From an uncultured Candidatus Saccharibacteria bacterium (GTDB lineage Bacteria > Patescibacteriota > Saccharimonadia > CAILAD01 > BJGX01), in assembly GCA_964552475.1 (NCBI GenBank), contig CAZKFZ010000002.1:70160-134159 (forward strand): DNA of 64,000 bases, read 5' to 3'. Below the pieces are notes generated by a model. That model searched no databases, was not told where the DNA came from, and saw nothing but the letters and a program-made list of their open reading frames with translations. This document shows, piece after piece, positions 1 to 8,118 of this stretch. The position numbers and the translations under genes are program-made. Every line of letters begins with the position of its first letter. Positions within the stretch are counted from its first letter, which is position 1.

Positions 1-198
1 TTCAAGTCGCTTGGGGGTTACCCCGTGTTCGTTGAAGGCTCTGCTTACAGATGTTGCGATGGTGAAACCTGGCGGTACCGGCAGCCCAAGGGCAGCCATC
101 TCCGCCAAGCCCGCACCTTTGCCACCCCGTACTTTGGAGTTGCGAGTAGTGCTACTACCTTCGTTAAAAGGCAGTACTGCCTGACGGTTAGACGCCAC
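1..198 (-). CDS. ppdK: Pyruvate phosphate dikinase, 5' portion (runs off the window start; missing from the ORF track)
   Basis: Manual translation from GTG 198: MASNRQAVLPFNEGSSTTRNSKVRGGKGAGLAEMAALGLPVPPGFTIATSVSRAF... contains the PPDK signature GGKGxxLAEMxxLGLPVPPGFTI; AGGAG SD upstream. Confidence 0.9.
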   Translation of the reverse strand, partial: MASNRQAVLPFNEGSSTTRNSKVRGGKGAGLAEMAALGLPVPPGFTIATSVSRAFNEHGVTPKRLE

Positions 199-424
199 GT
201 TTCTTCTCCTGTAGATAGTTGGATACGGCTGTGAAATAACGATTTTATAAGCATTGTTTCACAGCCGTAACCAGGTACTACAGGGTTTGTTGATATAATT
301 ACTATTTAGTTGTCAAATTTCAACAGATAAACCATTGATAAAGTTTATCGGCTATCTATATTACTACAAAACACCTTATTTGTCAATAGTTTTATAGGTC
401 TGCCAATGATTGTATAATACCTAA

Positions 425-1234
425 ATGAAACAAGCTCTAAATCAAGAAATTGTGATAATCAAGGTTGGCACTAATACCCTTGTACAAAAACTAGCTACTA
501 AAAAGGAGGTATTGGGCAAGGATGTTTTTGAGAGCATCGCTAGCCAAGTATTAATACTCAGAAAAAGCGGCACGCAGGTGATATTGGTCTCTTCGGCAGC
601 TATTACTGCCGGTATGATAGCTACAAAATTAAGCATTCGCCCGTCTGAGAGCGACTCTATTCCTGAACTTCAACGCCTTGCTAGTATTGGCTGGCGACAC
701 ATACTCAACCACTGGCAAGAAGCCTTTGGAGATTTAGTAATTGGTGAGCTACTACTTACGAAGTACGAACTAAGCCGAGATTTGCCAGAAAGAGATGAGG
801 CTCTCCGTACTATTTATACCCTATTATCACATGGTGATTTACCAATTATTAACGAGAATGACGCAATATCCCACGACGAAATAACTTTTGGTGATAACGA
901 TATGTTGGCAGCAAATTTGGCTTTGCAAATTACAAACTCACCTCTATTTGCTAGTAAAGTAAAATTGATGCTACTAACAGATGTTGACGGATTGTACAGT
1001 GATAAAAATGACGCCGACACAGTTATTAGAACGGTAGACGACATTTCTAAATACAAACACCTAGCAGATAACACCACATCTAAAAACTCAAAAGGAGGTA
1101 TAAGAAGTAAGTTAGATGCCGCCGATCTTATTACTTCTAAGGGAATAGAAATGATTATTGTAAATGGCAAAGCTCCAAATTCTATCTTACGCTCACTAAA
1201 AAGAGAAATAGGTACAACTTTTGTGGCTAAATAG
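425..1234 (+). CDS. proB: Glutamate 5-kinase (short form, no PUA domain)
   Basis: IIKVGTN, LVSSAAI, PIINENDAI, FGDNDMLAA, LLTDVDGLY motifs. Confidence 0.92.
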   Translation: MKQALNQEIVIIKVGTNTLVQKLATKKEVLGKDVFESIASQVLILRKSGTQVILVSSAAITAGMIATKLSIRPSESDSIPELQRLASIGWRHILNHWQEAFGDLVIGELLLTKYELSRDLPERDEALRTIYTLLSHGDLPIINENDAISHDEITFGDNDMLAANLALQITNSPLFASKVKLMLLTDVDGLYSDKNDADTVIRTVDDISKYKHLADNTTSKNSKGGIRSKLDAADLITSKGIEMIIVNGKAPNSILRSLKREIGTTFVAK

Positions 1235-1250
1235 ACAAATTAATGTAAAT

Positions 1251-1288
1251 AAAAAACGGAACAATCCATACACGGTGTTCCGTTTTTT
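1251..1288. terminator. Bidirectional intrinsic terminator between convergent genes
   Basis: AAAAAACGGAACA...TGTTCCGTTTTTT inverted repeat with A/T tails on both sides. Confidence 0.7.
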
Positions 1289-1299
1289 ATACTGTAGCC

Positions 1300-1461
1300 T
1301 TAGAAAGCTTTGGTGAGTATCCAGATTGCTCCAGCAACGGCTAGAAAGAAAAGACCTAGTCCAACTGGTGATCCCCAGCTAAACCAAGAACCCCATGAAC
1401 GCCAATGTTTTTTTGACCGTTCATACCAATCTATCTGCTCTTGTGGTGTCATTTTTGCCAT
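1300..1461 (-). CDS. Small Trp-rich membrane protein, 53 aa (not in ORF track)
   Basis: AAGGAG SD then MAKMTPQEQIDWYERSKKHWRSWGSWFSWGSPVGLGLFFLAVAGAIWILTKAF*, ending at the terminator. Confidence 0.7.
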   Translation of the reverse strand: MAKMTPQEQIDWYERSKKHWRSWGSWFSWGSPVGLGLFFLAVAGAIWILTKAF

Positions 1462-1663
1462 CTCTTTGACTCCTTATTTAGTTGATATTGAGTCTCAAAA
1501 TTTATGTTTGCCAGTAAGTAAGTTGTTCTTAGGAAACTTAAGCTTACTCTATAGTCTGGGCTTAATAACAAACTTAATTATAGCAAATTAACAAGCAAAG
1601 TATAAAATTAGCTGGGCTTACTCAGTATATAGAGCTGTAGTTTAATATACTATTCTTGCTAGG

Positions 1664-1849
1664 TTAACTTGTCTTAGTGAAACCAATAGTGCCAGTAACT
1701 TGAAGCACAAGACCTATAGTTAGTAATAGCATTTGTAGACTTTGTGAATCTTTCTGCATGATTCCTGTAATGATCAAGAATATTCCTGCAGCTATTAGCA
1801 TTACGTTTAATACTTTGTTACCTAAATTTGAAGATTGTTTTTTTGCCAT
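1664..1849 (-). CDS. Small two-TM hypothetical protein
   Basis: Two hydrophobic helices; purine-rich sequence upstream of the start. Confidence 0.65.
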   Translation of the reverse strand: MAKKQSSNLGNKVLNVMLIAAGIFLIITGIMQKDSQSLQMLLLTIGLVLQVTGTIGFTKTS

Positions 1850-1938
1850 ACTTTCTTTCTTTTAATAATGCTTATGTTTATTGTAACAAATAGTATACTT
1901 GGTAGACTATAAAAAATTCAATCTTTAATTTGGCTGAG

Positions 1939-1951
1939 CATACAGGTCACG
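1939..1951 (+). repeat. Candidate left attachment site (att core)
   Basis: 11/13 identity with 16787-16799, shared GGTCACG core; sits in TGGCTGAGCATACAGGTCACGAAC, which loosely resembles the tRNA-Gln 3' end. Confidence 0.5.
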
Positions 1952-2039
1952 AACATCGCAAACAGGGGTAATGAGACACATAAATGAGACAAATGGGACA
2001 TAAAACTAGTATGTTTTGCAATTTGAGACCCAGATTTGA

Positions 2040-3026
2040 CTACCTTGACTGAATATCCTTTAAGCTAGTGCCCCCAATGCTATCGGTGTATGGATTTGGT
2101 GTTTCAACCTCAGTTGGCTGCACTGCTACAATTGTGTAAGTTTTTGAAGGATAAAGTCGAGTCTTTTTGAAAATATTTATACATTTTAGGTCCTCTTTTT
2201 TGACGTAATGTCTGAAGTAAGCATTAGCTACTATATCGGCCATCCGTATCTCAAAATACTCCTTTGAATCATAAAAATTCATACAATTTCGAATTTCATT
2301 AGTAAAGACAGCTAGATTCTCTCTAGATTTTGGATATTTGTTAAATCGTTTTATGTATGGATGATTACTTTTCCATGTGTCTAGATGGATGAACCCGCCA
2401 CCATGATATGACAAATGCCACAAAGCGGTCCTCATTGTGTCCAACCAGTAGCGCATATGAATCGGCTTTTCTATAAATCCTTTGTCCATGCGTATCGTTA
2501 GTTCACCAAGTTCACGATCGAATCCCTTGTTTACGCTCCAAATAATAGAGTCGTTAATTGCACCAAATATCGTGCTAGCTAGAAGTTCGATTTTGAGAAG
2601 TGTTTTAAGGCTGCGCTTTGATAGCCATTTGGACATATCAACGTAAAATTGTGCAATTTCGTAATATTCTTTGCCATCTTTTCTATACTGGTCAGCGCCT
2701 TCAAGCAGTTGTCGCACATTCTTAGTTCTCTGGTTTTTAACAGTTTCGACATTGAAATCAATCAAGGGGGTAGCAAATACATGGTGCTTCGTGCCGTGGA
2801 CATTGTTGTTAAGCAAGATATTTTCAGCAAAATACATCAATTGTTCATCATTGAGCAGCCAGCCTTTTACTTCGCCGTCTTTCTTGCATTCTTCGGGTAA
2901 ATCGCTTTCCCACTTTTCAAACACACTTTTTAATTTATCGTACTTCTTGGGACGTACATACACGGCAGCAAACATGCCCATATGCTCGTCCTTGAAGCTG
3001 CCCGAGTCATCTATTCCAACAATCAT
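2040..3026 (-). CDS. DUF3800-family protein (RNase H-like fold)
   Basis: N-terminal VGIDDSG and C-terminal IRMADIVANA match the DESG...QxAD pattern of DUF3800. Confidence 0.7.
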   Translation of the reverse strand: MIVGIDDSGSFKDEHMGMFAAVYVRPKKYDKLKSVFEKWESDLPEECKKDGEVKGWLLNDEQLMYFAENILLNNNVHGTKHHVFATPLIDFNVETVKNQRTKNVRQLLEGADQYRKDGKEYYEIAQFYVDMSKWLSKRSLKTLLKIELLASTIFGAINDSIIWSVNKGFDRELGELTIRMDKGFIEKPIHMRYWLDTMRTALWHLSYHGGGFIHLDTWKSNHPYIKRFNKYPKSRENLAVFTNEIRNCMNFYDSKEYFEIRMADIVANAYFRHYVKKEDLKCINIFKKTRLYPSKTYTIVAVQPTEVETPNPYTDSIGGTSLKDIQSR

Positions 3027-3661
3027 TAGGGATATTCAGCGCCAATCACGTTTAGAAGAAGCTCAGTATTTACGTCCTTTGATTCAAGCAAGAAATCTAC
3101 TGTAATCCGTGTAACATCTGGCAAATAGCTTAAAAGCGAATCGCCGTTAACGATCCAGTTACGATTGCTTCCGTCATGCTCAAACACTTTATGAGACTTA
3201 GCTTTCTCCAAAATATCTTCTATCGATCCACTGTGCCCAGGCCTAAATTCAAAAGAAAGTACCGCTTTTCCGGGCTCTACAGTGAGCCTATGTGCCAGAT
3301 AGTCCCTGAAGCCGCTCCACACCAACTCTAAGATTTCGCCGTTGCCAGAAAGACCAAGATCTAACCCACTACTTTGGATAAACTTCATAAAATGGACGAA
3401 AGTTTCAGTTTCATTTATAGCACTGCCATCTGGATTGAACTTATCGGGTCTTTTGACGCAGTAATAAGTTTTGCCTAAGAAATTAAGTGCTGTAAAAAGA
3501 CTTAATGCTACTACAATGTTGCCACCGCCAATATTATCAGATGTCCCTTTATGTTGAAGGTTATGCTTTCTTATGTAGATGAAAGCCTTAAGATCATTTT
3601 GAACGCCCGCAATTCGGTCTAGGATATCTTCGGTACATTTTTCTACAACAGGGTCTCTCAT
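3026..3661 (-). CDS. Putative HEPN-domain RNase
   Basis: RxxxxH motif (FRDYLAH) in a helical protein; TAATG coupling to the DUF3800 gene. Confidence 0.55.
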   Translation of the reverse strand: MRDPVVEKCTEDILDRIAGVQNDLKAFIYIRKHNLQHKGTSDNIGGGNIVVALSLFTALNFLGKTYYCVKRPDKFNPDGSAINETETFVHFMKFIQSSGLDLGLSGNGEILELVWSGFRDYLAHRLTVEPGKAVLSFEFRPGHSGSIEDILEKAKSHKVFEHDGSNRNWIVNGDSLLSYLPDVTRITVDFLLESKDVNTELLLNVIGAEYP

Positions 3662-3820
3662 AAGCTAACTATAAAACTTAATATGACTGTCATCAAGCAA
3701 ACTATACAGTGGTGATTGGAATGACGACAGTTTTAGCGAGTTTGTCAGAGTTTGTTAGACTTCATTGTAAAATAGTGTTCTGATATTGCAATTGCCGAGC
3801 CTGCTTGATATTCTGAAGTT

Positions 3821-4010
3821 ACGCATAAGCGTTACATTAACAATCTAGCTACACAGTTCCAAGGAGTTAACCGAAGCTCAACATATGAGCGCCCCCGAGG
3901 AATTGGTCATAATCTTATCCCAACGGATACGACAAGAGGTATATTTCACACTGCACCAGCAGTCGTAGGAAACGGCCCAGTTATGATTAATTCTTTAGTG
4001 GTGCTCTTTT
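3821..4010 (+). ncRNA. Candidate structured ncRNA / leader upstream of the ParB-MTase-terminase operon
   Basis: Promoter TTGCAA(3786)-17-TATTCT(3809); long stem 3897-3913/3980-3996 with G.U pairs; outer stem 3887-3893/4000-4006 followed by a T run; three internal hairpins. Confidence 0.55.
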
Positions 4011-4071
4011 ATTTGTCTTGAATTGTGCCCAATTGAATTTGTGGTTGGTATAACTACAAAGGAGAAGAGGT

Positions 4072-5403
4072 ATGGATGCTTCAAAGCAGCTCAAGATTGA
4101 GCAAGTTAAAATATCAAAACTAAAAGCAGCAACTTACAACCCGCGCAGCTGGAGTGAGGAGACCAAAAAGCAACTGGCCGATAGCATCAGTCAGTTCGGA
4201 TTGGTAGATCCACTGCTGGTAAACGGTGCCGAGAACCGCAAAAACGTAGTAATTGGTGGGCATTTTAGACTACACATAGCTAAAGAACTCGGGTACAAAG
4301 AAGTACCTGTGGTTTATTTGGATATTCCAGACGAAGCGCGTGAGAAAGAGCTGAACCTTCGTTTAAACAAAGCGCTCGGCGAGTGGAACTGGGAAATGTT
4401 GTCCGAGTTCGACGAAACACTGCTGGCTGATGTTGGCTTTAGTAGTGAAGAGTTGGACACCATCTTCGATATTGAACTTGAGGAGTCGGATACCTTTGAT
4501 CTGCAAAAAGAACTGAAAAAACTGGATATCAAGTCAATTGAAGCCAAAAAAGGCTATGTGTACAAGCTTGGTGATTCAAGGCTAATGATTGGTGACAGTA
4601 CTGTTGATTCTGATTTCGACAAATTAATGGATGGTCAATTGGCTGATATGTGCCTGACGGACCAGCCGTATCGGCTCTCATACACTAAGGGTGGCATCCG
4701 CCAGGGTAAGCCAACTGAGGGCTTTGGTGCTAAGCGCAACCGCAAGTATTTGGAAACTGACGAGTTACCCGAAGACTTTGTCCAGCTCTGGATGGCAAAT
4801 GTTGCCAGGCATGCCAAAGATGATTTCTCTATCATTGCCTATGAAGCGTGGCACAACATGCGTGAAATGTGGGACTGCATGTCCGAGCATTGGACCATCC
4901 GGAATATGCTCATCTGGCACGTACCGAAACGTCATCAAGGTTTTGCTGCCAAGTACAAATTCTTCAGTAAGTACGACATAGCCATGGTTGGCAGCAGCGG
5001 CACCGTGCAGTACAACCACGACGAAGAACCCGATGGCTTACAGGAGGAATATGAAGCTGCACTTTACGCCACAGTCGGTAAGCCGCAATGGGAAGGCTAT
5101 CAGAAAGGCCGCAAGTATCAGCCAAGTGACTTTGTATCGTTTCCTGCAAATGATGAAAAGAGCTCCGGCCAAGGAATAATCTTTGGTACAAAGCCACTTG
5201 AAATCCTAATCCCGTACATAAAAGTACTGACAAGACGTGACGACCTGATAGTTGAGCCCTTCGGCGGGTCAGGATCGACGCTAATTGCAGCTACTATGCT
5301 CAAACGGCGTTGTTTCATCATGGAAAAATCACCAGTTTACGCTGAAGTGATTATGAAACGATGGGAAAATCTTACTGGTCTCAAGCGGGAGAAGCTGTCG
5401 TGA
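4072..5403 (+). CDS. ParB N-terminal domain + N6/N4 DNA methyltransferase fusion (phage type)
   Basis: YNPR...GGHFR ParB/Srx region; TDQPY (DPPY-like), TKP and EPFGGSGSTLIAA motifs; AGGAG SD. Confidence 0.9.
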   Translation: MDASKQLKIEQVKISKLKAATYNPRSWSEETKKQLADSISQFGLVDPLLVNGAENRKNVVIGGHFRLHIAKELGYKEVPVVYLDIPDEAREKELNLRLNKALGEWNWEMLSEFDETLLADVGFSSEELDTIFDIELEESDTFDLQKELKKLDIKSIEAKKGYVYKLGDSRLMIGDSTVDSDFDKLMDGQLADMCLTDQPYRLSYTKGGIRQGKPTEGFGAKRNRKYLETDELPEDFVQLWMANVARHAKDDFSIIAYEAWHNMREMWDCMSEHWTIRNMLIWHVPKRHQGFAAKYKFFSKYDIAMVGSSGTVQYNHDEEPDGLQEEYEAALYATVGKPQWEGYQKGRKYQPSDFVSFPANDEKSSGQGIIFGTKPLEILIPYIKVLTRRDDLIVEPFGGSGSTLIAATMLKRRCFIMEKSPVYAEVIMKRWENLTGLKREKLS

Positions 5404-5828
5404 GCCGAAATAAGAAAGCAGATAAGAAACAATTGTTAGCGAAGCTCGCGGAAACACCGATTACTGAGGCAGCCTGTAAGAAAGTTGGGCTGCCTCGCTC
5501 AACCTATTACCGCTGGCGGAAAGAAGATCCGGATTTCGCTGAGCAGTGTGATGAAGTTATTGAGCTTAGTGTTGGCCGGATTAATGATCTGGCAGAATCA
5601 CAGCTTATCAACGCCATTAAAAACCAGAACATGTCAGCTATAACATTCTGGCTTAAGCATCATCACCGAAGCTATAGGAATCGACTGGAAGTCGATGCAC
5701 GATTACAACCGGTGCAACAAGAGCTGACACCGGAGCAAACTGAAATGGTAAATAAAGCCCTGCAGCTGGCAGGCATAACAACATTAAACGAGGAGCAAGA
5801 AAATGATGAACGATCAATTAAAGCGTAA
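5400..5828 (+). CDS. Terminase small subunit-like HTH protein
   Basis: AACKKVGLPRSTYYRWRKEDPDF HTH and AITFWLK; GTG start overlaps the MTase stop; directly precedes TerL. Confidence 0.75.
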   Translation: MSRNKKADKKQLLAKLAETPITEAACKKVGLPRSTYYRWRKEDPDFAEQCDEVIELSVGRINDLAESQLINAIKNQNMSAITFWLKHHHRSYRNRLEVDARLQPVQQELTPEQTEMVNKALQLAGITTLNEEQENDERSIKA

Positions 5829-7311
5829 GTTATTTACCGACAAACTAATCCGGGCAGAGGTAACGGCAAATAGCCACCTATACTTCTTCTCGACCTATTT
5901 TGCTAATTATATGGAGTATGAGATATCTGATCTGCACCGGGAGCTGTTTGCACTCACCGAGCAAGATGAAACACCACTGGCAGTCGTGATGGCGTTTCGT
6001 GGTTCTGCCAAGTCAACGATTATGACTATGAGCTACCCTATTTGGGCGGTAGTTGGTCGGCAGCAAAAGAAATTCGTGGTTATTGCTAGTCAAACACAGT
6101 ATCAGGCGCGGGTTCACTTAACTAACATCAAGCGGGAGCTGGAAAGCAACGAGTTGCTGGCAAACGATCTAGGGCCGTTTGTAGAACAGCGTGAAGAGTG
6201 GGGGTCAACCTCACTCTTCATCCCTAAGTACAACGCCCGTATCACCGCTATATCTACTGAGCAGAGCGTTCGTGGTATCCGTCACGGCTCTAAGCGTCCA
6301 GACCTGATCATTGCTGATGACGTCGAAGATGCACAGTCTGTGAAGACCCGTGAGGGCCGTAACAAGACCTTTGACTGGTATACAGGTGAGATCATCCCCG
6401 CGGGCGATATCAACACAAAAAGAATAGTTGTTGGTAACTTGCTTCACGAAGATTCGCTACTGATGCGTTTAAAGGATTTGATCGAACGTGACGAGATAGA
6501 TGGCTCTTTCATTGAATGGCCAATTGTAAAGCAAGGCAAAAGCACATGGCCGGGTAAATTTCCTGATAAAGCTGTCGTCAAGCGAATGGAGCGCAGTGTT
6601 GCCAGCCGTATCGCATGGGAGCGTGAATACATGCTTAATTTGGTTGCTGACGACGATCAGATTATCGACCGCAAAATGATCCAATACTACGACGAGCTGC
6701 CAACACAACTGCGTGGCCAATATACTCGTATTATCATTGGCGTCGACCTTGCTATATCTGAAAACGATAAAGCTGACTTTACTGCCATTCTAATACTGGA
6801 TATACGTGGCTCTGGCGACAGACAGCGGATGTATATAAGGCCAAATATCGTAAACAAGCGGCTGTCATTTCCCGATACGGTTAGCTTGCTTAAGGAGACT
6901 AGCGACAACTTTCGATACCCGAAGCTTTACATCGAACAGACAGCCTATCAAGCGGCAGTGGTACAACAACTCACTGCTGATGGGCTTGATGTGCAAGGTG
7001 TGACGCCGCACTCCGACAAGCGTTCACGACTTAATATGGTAGCTGACAAAATTCAACGTGGTGTCATCCTGTTTCCGCGTATGGGCGCAGAGGAACTAAT
7101 TACACAGTTGATTGGGTTTGGTGTAGAGAAACATGACGACCTAGTAGATGCCTTAACGACTGCTGTTCTTGAGTTTATACGTGATGATCGCCGTGGAGGC
7201 ACAGTAACAATAGGCAGAGCCTCGGATATTTTTGGTGATAGGTATCCTGGATCAAACCGTCGCAGAAGTGGCCGTGATTATTGGAATCGACGGTTAGATG
7301 ATTGGGATTAG
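5803..7311 (+). CDS. Terminase large subunit
   Basis: Walker A AFRGSAKST, Walker B LIIADDVED, nuclease motifs GVDLAIS..DFTA and HDDLVDA. Confidence 0.9.
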   Translation: MMNDQLKRKLFTDKLIRAEVTANSHLYFFSTYFANYMEYEISDLHRELFALTEQDETPLAVVMAFRGSAKSTIMTMSYPIWAVVGRQQKKFVVIASQTQYQARVHLTNIKRELESNELLANDLGPFVEQREEWGSTSLFIPKYNARITAISTEQSVRGIRHGSKRPDLIIADDVEDAQSVKTREGRNKTFDWYTGEIIPAGDINTKRIVVGNLLHEDSLLMRLKDLIERDEIDGSFIEWPIVKQGKSTWPGKFPDKAVVKRMERSVASRIAWEREYMLNLVADDDQIIDRKMIQYYDELPTQLRGQYTRIIIGVDLAISENDKADFTAILILDIRGSGDRQRMYIRPNIVNKRLSFPDTVSLLKETSDNFRYPKLYIEQTAYQAAVVQQLTADGLDVQGVTPHSDKRSRLNMVADKIQRGVILFPRMGAEELITQLIGFGVEKHDDLVDALTTAVLEFIRDDRRGGTVTIGRASDIFGDRYPGSNRRRSGRDYWNRRLDDWD

Positions 7312-7338
7312 GCAACTTCTGGCAAGTGGTAGAGCTGT

Positions 7339-8118
7339 CTACTTAGCTTCGGCTTGTTTTAGTTTTACCACTTCGTCGCGGTGGTTCCAGAAAATACAGT
7401 AGTCACAGTCTGGATTTGCATCTGGGATTATATCGGCGTCCAGAGTCTGTTTCAGTTTCAAAATAGTAGGCTCGACCCACTCATCATTGCCGTCGTGTTC
7501 AATCACGTGGATGTCAAAGTTAATGCAGGCATCAAAAGACTCTTCGTTGGGCTTGCCGGTGCAGTAAACCCAGTATGCTTTGTTAGACATTTTGAGGCCG
7601 TTCTTACGTAGAAGCCATTGGTATACCTCCAACTGACGTCGATAACCATTATGATAAGATGCATCGCCTAGTTCTGTTACAGGGTCTGCTTTAGCCGTAG
7701 CCTTGTAGTCAGCAACGATATACTCACCATTACCGCTGATCCATAGGTCGTCGATAGCACCGGTGATAATCAATTTAGTAGGCTCATGTAAATACTGCAC
7801 GCCCTTGAAGTTCTCGCGCCATTCATCAATCATTTCGTGTGGTGCGGGCTTTGCATCTACGCCAAACTGATCAAGTAGAGGATGCGAACCACCGTTTTCT
7901 CGCAATGTATCAAACTCATTTTTTAGCATGGAATCTACAGCTGAGTTCAATGCAAATGGGAACCCAGGTGGACGACCAAGTCCAAGTCGACGATCAATAT
8001 AGAAGCACCGTGGACACTCCATAAATAAGTCTATTTTTGACCGTGAAAGTTTGAAAGGTTTATCGTCGGTAGGCGAGTATATATTTCTTGTTCTTTTGCC
8101 TTTGTAATATTCGCTCAT
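7339..8118 (-). CDS. PD-(D/E)XK nuclease (PDDEXK_1; AddB/Cas4-like with Cys ligands)
   Basis: LSRSKI..F.ECPRCF, GAIDD, ADYKAT, QLEVY, CDYC. Confidence 0.85.
   Translation of the reverse strand: MSEYYKGKRTRNIYSPTDDKPFKLSRSKIDLFMECPRCFYIDRRLGLGRPPGFPFALNSAVDSMLKNEFDTLRENGGSHPLLDQFGVDAKPAPHEMIDEWRENFKGVQYLHEPTKLIITGAIDDLWISGNGEYIVADYKATAKADPVTELGDASYHNGYRRQLEVYQWLLRKNGLKMSNKAYWVYCTGKPNEESFDACINFDIHVIEHDGNDEWVEPTILKLKQTLDADIIPDANPDCDYCIFWNHRDEVVKLKQAEAK

Noticed and set aside
25-254. ORF-track ORFs 25..234 (+) and 45..254 (-)
   Set aside because: Shadows of the real ppdK frame (198 to 1, minus), which has the family signature and an SD
1310-1591. 93-aa + strand ORF
   Set aside because: Antisense to the SD-led 53-aa gene; no SD or recognisable features
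3885-3968. 27-codon ORF inside the candidate ncRNA
   Set aside because: Nearest SD (AAGGAG, 3861) is too far and the start is buried in a stem; not excluded but unsupported
4072-7311. Complete prophage
   Set aside because: No portal, capsid, tail, lysis or replication genes anywhere in the window
7339-8118. Cas4 of a CRISPR-Cas system
   Set aside because: No cas1/cas2 and no repeat-spacer array seen; the gene is operonic with an RM-like module
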